Part shown: in pieces, positions 7,089 to 10,965 of the stretch
Position numbering within the stretch: position 1 is the stretch's first letter
Layout: each line of letters opens with the position of its first letter
Origin: Candidatus Heimdallarchaeota archaeon
Lineage (GTDB): Archaea > Asgardarchaeota > Heimdallarchaeia > Heimdallarchaeales > Heimdallarchaeaceae
Reading direction: 5' to 3'
Length of the DNA stretch: 10,965 nt
Assembly: GCA_021399395.1 (NCBI GenBank)
Contig: JAAFKJ010000186.1
Location: 1 to 10,965, forward strand
Notes under the pieces: model-generated
Seen by the model: only the letters and a program-made list of their open reading frames with translations
Told to the model about the DNA's origin: nothing
Database searches by the model: none
Position numbers and translations under genes: made by a program

Positions 7089-8354
7089 ATGGCTGAACTG
7101 CAAGAAAAAACAGAAATGAAAAAGATGAAATTGAGCAATTTGTCTAAGATGGTTGCTATATCTATTATCGTTTATTCTTGTATCTTGGTTATTCATGGAA
7201 TAGTTGTATACTTCTTAGACACTGAATTCAGTATAATGATTTCAGATCAACTTGTTTTCTATAATCGAGGAGTTGGAGTATTAAGAGGGGATGTTCCATA
7301 TAGAGATTTTTACACCCATGCTGCTCCTCTAAGTCCATATCTTTGGGCTCCAATTGTTTTTATATCAATGCTATTTACAGGAAATTTCTCAACAGAAGGT
7401 CTTGTATATGACAACTATTTAGACTCTCCTAGTATGATGTTTTCTTCATACATCTTCAGAGTTTTCTTTGTATTTTGTTTAATATTATCTGCAGTTTTGT
7501 TGTATAAAATTCTTGAAATGAAAGGTAATAAAAAATCATTTTGGATCACTTTGTGTTATTCAGTGAACCCTTACTTTCTTTATCTTGTTTCATTTTGGGG
7601 TTCAGATGAGTGCATTGTACCACTACTAATAGTATTGCCAATATATCTTTTAGAGAAAGAAAAATATTATTTTGCTTCTCTTTCTCTAATCATAGGCACA
7701 GGATTGAAATATTTTCCAATATTGTTATTACCTCTATTCTTGATTTACAAGAAGAATTTAAGAAATGGGATCATTCAAATCCTCCTCATACTACTAGGAA
7801 TAACAGCATCTTATCTACCATTTTACCTCATAGACTCTGTAGAATTCTTGAAACAGTTTAACTATCCATCGGATTTTGCTAGAAATCAAGGTTTAGTAGC
7901 GTTTTTAGAATATTTTACCAATTCTGCATTTACTGTTATCCTTAACTATGTCTTTCTAGCAGTTACAATTAGTTTTGTTGGTATAACTGGTTTACTTTTA
8001 TTTCTTAGAAAGAAGAGATGGTCTTTTGAAAAAACAATAGCTCTTTTACTACCCTTTCTGCTTTTCTTTCCAAAAATCCATTTTTCTTACTTCGTACTTA
8101 TTTTCCCTTTCATTTTTGTTATGATATTCAGAAATGAAACCTTCAGTATAATTTACGCTCTAATATTTCTAGGTACCATTTTAGGAGGTACTGCTGCTGA
8201 TTATATCCTTTCTTACGATGGCACGAATATCCTTTCATATATCTCATCTTGGATTATAACCGTGATTCTCTATGTCTCATTGATTTCAGCTTTGATTCAT
8301 AATTATCTAGATAAAAACCTTGAACTTACTTCTTTGGGTAAAACAACAGAATGA
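7089..8354 (+). CDS. Polytopic GT-C fold glycosyltransferase, GT87 (DUF2029)/PIG-M-like
   Basis: About 10 or more TM segments. Acidic first loop (SDQLVFY) followed by GDVPYRDFYTHAAPL, resembling the family G-x-x-P-Y-x-D-F...Y-P-P-L. Also NPY...WGSDE and GLKYFPILLLP (K-x-(Y/F)-P motif). Alternative starts exist at the downstream Met codons. Confidence 0.75.
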   Translation: MAELQEKTEMKKMKLSNLSKMVAISIIVYSCILVIHGIVVYFLDTEFSIMISDQLVFYNRGVGVLRGDVPYRDFYTHAAPLSPYLWAPIVFISMLFTGNFSTEGLVYDNYLDSPSMMFSSYIFRVFFVFCLILSAVLLYKILEMKGNKKSFWITLCYSVNPYFLYLVSFWGSDECIVPLLIVLPIYLLEKEKYYFASLSLIIGTGLKYFPILLLPLFLIYKKNLRNGIIQILLILLGITASYLPFYLIDSVEFLKQFNYPSDFARNQGLVAFLEYFTNSAFTVILNYVFLAVTISFVGITGLLLFLRKKRWSFEKTIALLLPFLLFFPKIHFSYFVLIFPFIFVMIFRNETFSIIYALIFLGTILGGTAADYILSYDGTNILSYISSWIITVILYVSLISALIHNYLDKNLELTSLGKTTE

Positions 8355-9135
8355 ACCTTTTTCTGGTTCCAGCATTAATCTGAACTATCTTAATTTCAAT
8401 ATCCTCTGGTAGAATCGCTATAATTTTGTCTACTAATTCTTCACTACTAAGAAGAAGTGAAACGAATTCAAATTCAATCTCTGGTGTAGATAGAACCTCA
8501 TTCACTAGGTTTCTAGTAAAATTTAAACCATCTTTTCCTCCCCCTATTAATTCTTCATAGGTACCTTTCCATCCTCGCTTCTTTTCAAGTCTTGTTAGGT
8601 CTTGTTCGTAAAGCGGTGGATAACATAATAGCGCAGAATACCTTCCTTTTGGTATAAGATCCCGCATAATCTCTCCTTCTGATTTAAGTAATGTAACAGT
8701 TGAATCTAGTTGATTATTTATGATATTCAGCTCAGCTGAAGAAGAAGAGACTTGACTCAATTCAGTAGATATGACCTCTCTCTGATATTCCTTTGCTAAA
8801 ATAAGTGTTATAGCCGCACTTGCACCTGTACCAATCTCTACACAAGGGAAGGATGACTTAATTCGAGAGGTTACAGCTTGACAATAAGCGTATCTTATTC
8901 CCAGTGTTGGAATCAGATGTCCTTCAGGAACAGAGATATCTATATCTAAAACAGTTTTGAACAGACATTGGTTTACACTGGATAATACTTCAGGATTTCC
9001 TAAATCAAATTTTACAGGGTTAATAGAAATGGCATAAATGGCTAATTCTGGATTTTTCTCAACTAATTCTTCGAACGGAATAGTGAAGTACTTTGCTTCT
9101 AGCTCCTCTTCAATGTCTTGAACCATTGTAAACAT
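8326..9135 (-). CDS. RlmF/METTL16-related (Methyltransf_10-like) class I SAM-dependent methyltransferase, archaeal type
   Basis: FDLGNPEVLSSVNQCLF...VPEGHLIPTLGIRYAY matches the RlmF/METTL16 N-terminal block (DF.dp.a...lN.aLl...iP.g.L.P....R..Y). Motif I is EIGTGASA, the motif IV position reads CYPPLY, followed by GGGKDG and a C-terminal GTRKRF. Substrate unknown. Confidence 0.8.
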   Translation of the reverse strand: MFTMVQDIEEELEAKYFTIPFEELVEKNPELAIYAISINPVKFDLGNPEVLSSVNQCLFKTVLDIDISVPEGHLIPTLGIRYAYCQAVTSRIKSSFPCVEIGTGASAAITLILAKEYQREVISTELSQVSSSSAELNIINNQLDSTVTLLKSEGEIMRDLIPKGRYSALLCYPPLYEQDLTRLEKKRGWKGTYEELIGGGKDGLNFTRNLVNEVLSTPEIEFEFVSLLLSSEELVDKIIAILPEDIEIKIVQINAGTRKRFILLFYPKK

Positions 9136-9204
9136 ATCAGGTATTTACCTTAGCAATAAAAACTTTAAGTATTAAGAAAATTATAGTCAATAGAAGGCAT
9201 TAAG
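9136..9204. promoter_or_regulatory. Divergent promoter region with BRE/TATA-like element
   Basis: AAAAAC-TTTAAGTA at 9158-9171, ~33 nt upstream of ATG 9205. The region is AT-rich on both strands and has a small inverted repeat AGGTA-TT-TACCT at 9139-9150. Confidence 0.4.
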
Positions 9205-10014
9205 ATGAAATTGAAACCAAAATCTATTAATCAACTAGAAGATGGTTGCATTACTTTCATAAAATCTTCAGAGTATGTAACGAAATTCCTTCAAATTTAC
9301 CATGAGCGTAATATCAAGGGAATTACTATTGTTACTACTGAGAAGATTAAAGAGCTTCTTGATGTTAATGAGGAATTTATAATAGCTGAAGATCCTCGCT
9401 TAATTTTTGCTAAAATTGTTAACAATCGATTGAATAAGGAAAAACCATTCATACATCCTACTGCTGTTATCGGAGAAAATGTCCAGCTGGGGAAGGATGT
9501 TACTTTACATGCGAACGTTGTAATTTATGGAAACACAACAATAGGGAATAATGTGACAATTCATGCAAATTCCGTTGTGGGTAAACCCGGTTTTGGGTAT
9601 GCAAAAGATGAAGAAGATGGTACTTGGGTACAATTTCCACAAATTGGAGGGGTGATTATTGAAGATAATGTGAATATTGGTTCGTGTGTTGTTGTTGATA
9701 AGGGTGCTTTAGAAGATACTGTGATAGGTGAAGGGACTAAAATTGATAATTTGGTTCATATAGCACATGGAGTGAAAATTGGCAAAAACTGTTTAATCAT
9801 TGCATGTGCCGAAATAAGTGGAAGCGTAAAAATAGGCGATAATGTATGGGTAGCTCCTAATGTCTCCATTAGAGAAAATCTAAAGATAGGAAGTAACTCA
9901 CTTATTGGAATAAGCTCTGTAATAATTAGAGATGTTCCAGCTGATTCAGTAATTGTAGGAAATCCTGGAAAACCAATCAGTAAAGCGAAATTAAAATCTG
10001 GAAAAGAAGTGTAA
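9205..10014 (+). CDS. LpxD-like left-handed beta-helix (hexapeptide repeat) N-acyltransferase, shortened
   Basis: Hexapeptide repeats ([30 protein letters not shown]). LpxD signature blocks [43 protein letters not shown]-terminal remnant of the uridine-binding domain ([16 protein letters not shown]). No C-terminal helical domain. Symbol withheld because a lipid A function is doubtful here. Confidence 0.85.
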   Translation: MKLKPKSINQLEDGCITFIKSSEYVTKFLQIYHERNIKGITIVTTEKIKELLDVNEEFIIAEDPRLIFAKIVNNRLNKEKPFIHPTAVIGENVQLGKDVTLHANVVIYGNTTIGNNVTIHANSVVGKPGFGYAKDEEDGTWVQFPQIGGVIIEDNVNIGSCVVVDKGALEDTVIGEGTKIDNLVHIAHGVKIGKNCLIIACAEISGSVKIGDNVWVAPNVSIRENLKIGSNSLIGISSVIIRDVPADSVIVGNPGKPISKAKLKSGKEV

Positions 10015-10017
10015 GAA

Positions 10018-10965
10018 ATGCGAATTTTATTTATATCCTATTTCTTTCCACCTGATAAATCAGTGGGAGGGTATCGAGCTTCAAGTATTGTTAAAACATT
10101 TGCAGAAGAGGATATCGAGATGATTCTACTTACTGCAAATTCTGATATAATAAATTCTGAAGAATTGAAACAATATCATCATCTTGAACACATTTACAAT
10201 GTTAAAGGATCTCAGATAAGAAAACTAGGTTATAAAACAAAAATTTTAGTGGGCTTGGAATTACTGAATTTAGATAAATTCCTGTTTTTCCCTGATTTGT
10301 ATTTTCCTTGGATTAGACGAGCTGTGAAGAAAGGAACAGAGATATTGCAAGAACATAAAGTAGATGCAATAATTGCTACCCATCCTCCTTATTCTTCAGC
10401 TGTAGTAGGATATAAACTGTCAAAGAAATTCAACATTCCATTAGTACTCGATCATCGAGATCCATGGACTAACAACCCTACTTTCAAACTACCTAAATTA
10501 TTTGTTAGAAAGCGACATAGAAAACTAGAAACAAAAGTGACAAAACACGCTAGATTGAACGTTACTGTTGGTAATGGATATGCTGATTTGTTAAGTAATA
10601 GTTCTGGAGTAGAAAGAGAATCGTTTCATATTATTAAAAATGGGTTTTTTGAAGAGAATATTCCTGAGAAAAAATCAACAAAACAGAAAGATAGATTTAC
10701 ACTTTCATTTTTTGGGAATTATTACAAAGTTCATAAACCATTTTTCAAGGAACTAGTACTTGGAACTAGAACGATGCTTGATAAGCATGCATTAGCTGCT
10801 GAGGATTTCAGGATACGATATGCTGGAATCACTTCACGTTCTGCTATTAAAAAAGACCTTGAGATAGGCGACCTTATTTCAGTTTTCGAAGATCTAGGCT
10901 ATCTTCAGGGACAGCAAATAATTGAGGAGCTACAAAAATCTCATGCAAACTTCGTAATTGTTCCA
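10018..10965 (+). CDS. Glycosyltransferase family 4 (GT-B), 3'-truncated by window edge
   Basis: Not in the ORF track. ATG 10018 lies 3 nt after the upstream TAA and the frame stays open to the window end: MRILFISYFFPPDKSVGGYRASSIVKTF...FPDLYFPW...DAIIATHPPYSS...IPLVLDHRDPW...HIIKNGF...FFGNYY. These are typical GT4 N-terminal domain motifs. Confidence 0.9.
   Translation, partial: MRILFISYFFPPDKSVGGYRASSIVKTFAEEDIEMILLTANSDIINSEELKQYHHLEHIYNVKGSQIRKLGYKTKILVGLELLNLDKFLFFPDLYFPWIRRAVKKGTEILQEHKVDAIIATHPPYSSAVVGYKLSKKFNIPLVLDHRDPWTNNPTFKLPKLFVRKRHRKLETKVTKHARLNVTVGNGYADLLSNSSGVERESFHIIKNGFFEENIPEKKSTKQKDRFTLSFFGNYYKVHKPFFKELVLGTRTMLDKHALAAEDFRIRYAGITSRSAIKKDLEIGDLISVFEDLGYLQGQQIIEELQKSHANFVIVP

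Noticed and set aside
7011-7196. 61-aa minus-strand ORF across the divergent promoter
   Set aside because: Overlaps both flanking genes and the promoter region, with no supporting motif or RBS.
7610-7861. 83-aa plus-strand alternative-frame ORF
   Set aside because: Nested out of frame in the well-supported GT-C gene.
9460-9960. 18-nt periodicity as a DNA repeat or CRISPR-like array
   Set aside because: Explained by hexapeptide repeats of the beta-helix protein; there are no identical nucleotide repeats with spacers.
9205-10014. Calling this a bona fide lpxD of lipid A synthesis
   Set aside because: It lacks the C-terminal helical domain and lpx neighbours, and the surrounding genes look archaeal.

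Overview
AT-rich, gene-dense prokaryotic window with eight protein-coding genes, two of them truncated by the window edges. The content points to an Asgard archaeon, possibly Heimdallarchaeia-like; this is an inference from two tandem TPR + C-terminal longin-fold proteins, an archaeal-type RlmF-related methyltransferase, a surface protein with a Thr/Pro linker-TM-basic tail, and T-rich hairpin-less gene ends. Gene order: TPR-longin (5'-truncated, +), TPR-longin (+), secreted membrane-anchored metzincin protease (-), MFS transporter fused to a DUF47/PhoU-like domain (-), GT-C fold GT87/PIG-M-like glycosyltransferase (+), RlmF/METTL16-like methyltransferase (-), shortened LpxD-like acyltransferase (+), GT4 glycosyltransferase (3'-truncated, +, missing from the ORF track). 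The best candidates for new biology are the TPR-longin pair (possible heterodimeric GTPase regulator or tether), the MFS-DUF47 fusion, and an LpxD-like enzyme at the head of an apparent archaeal glycan locus. I saw no RNA genes, CRISPR arrays or mobile elements. All family assignments come from motif recognition by eye; no searches were run.
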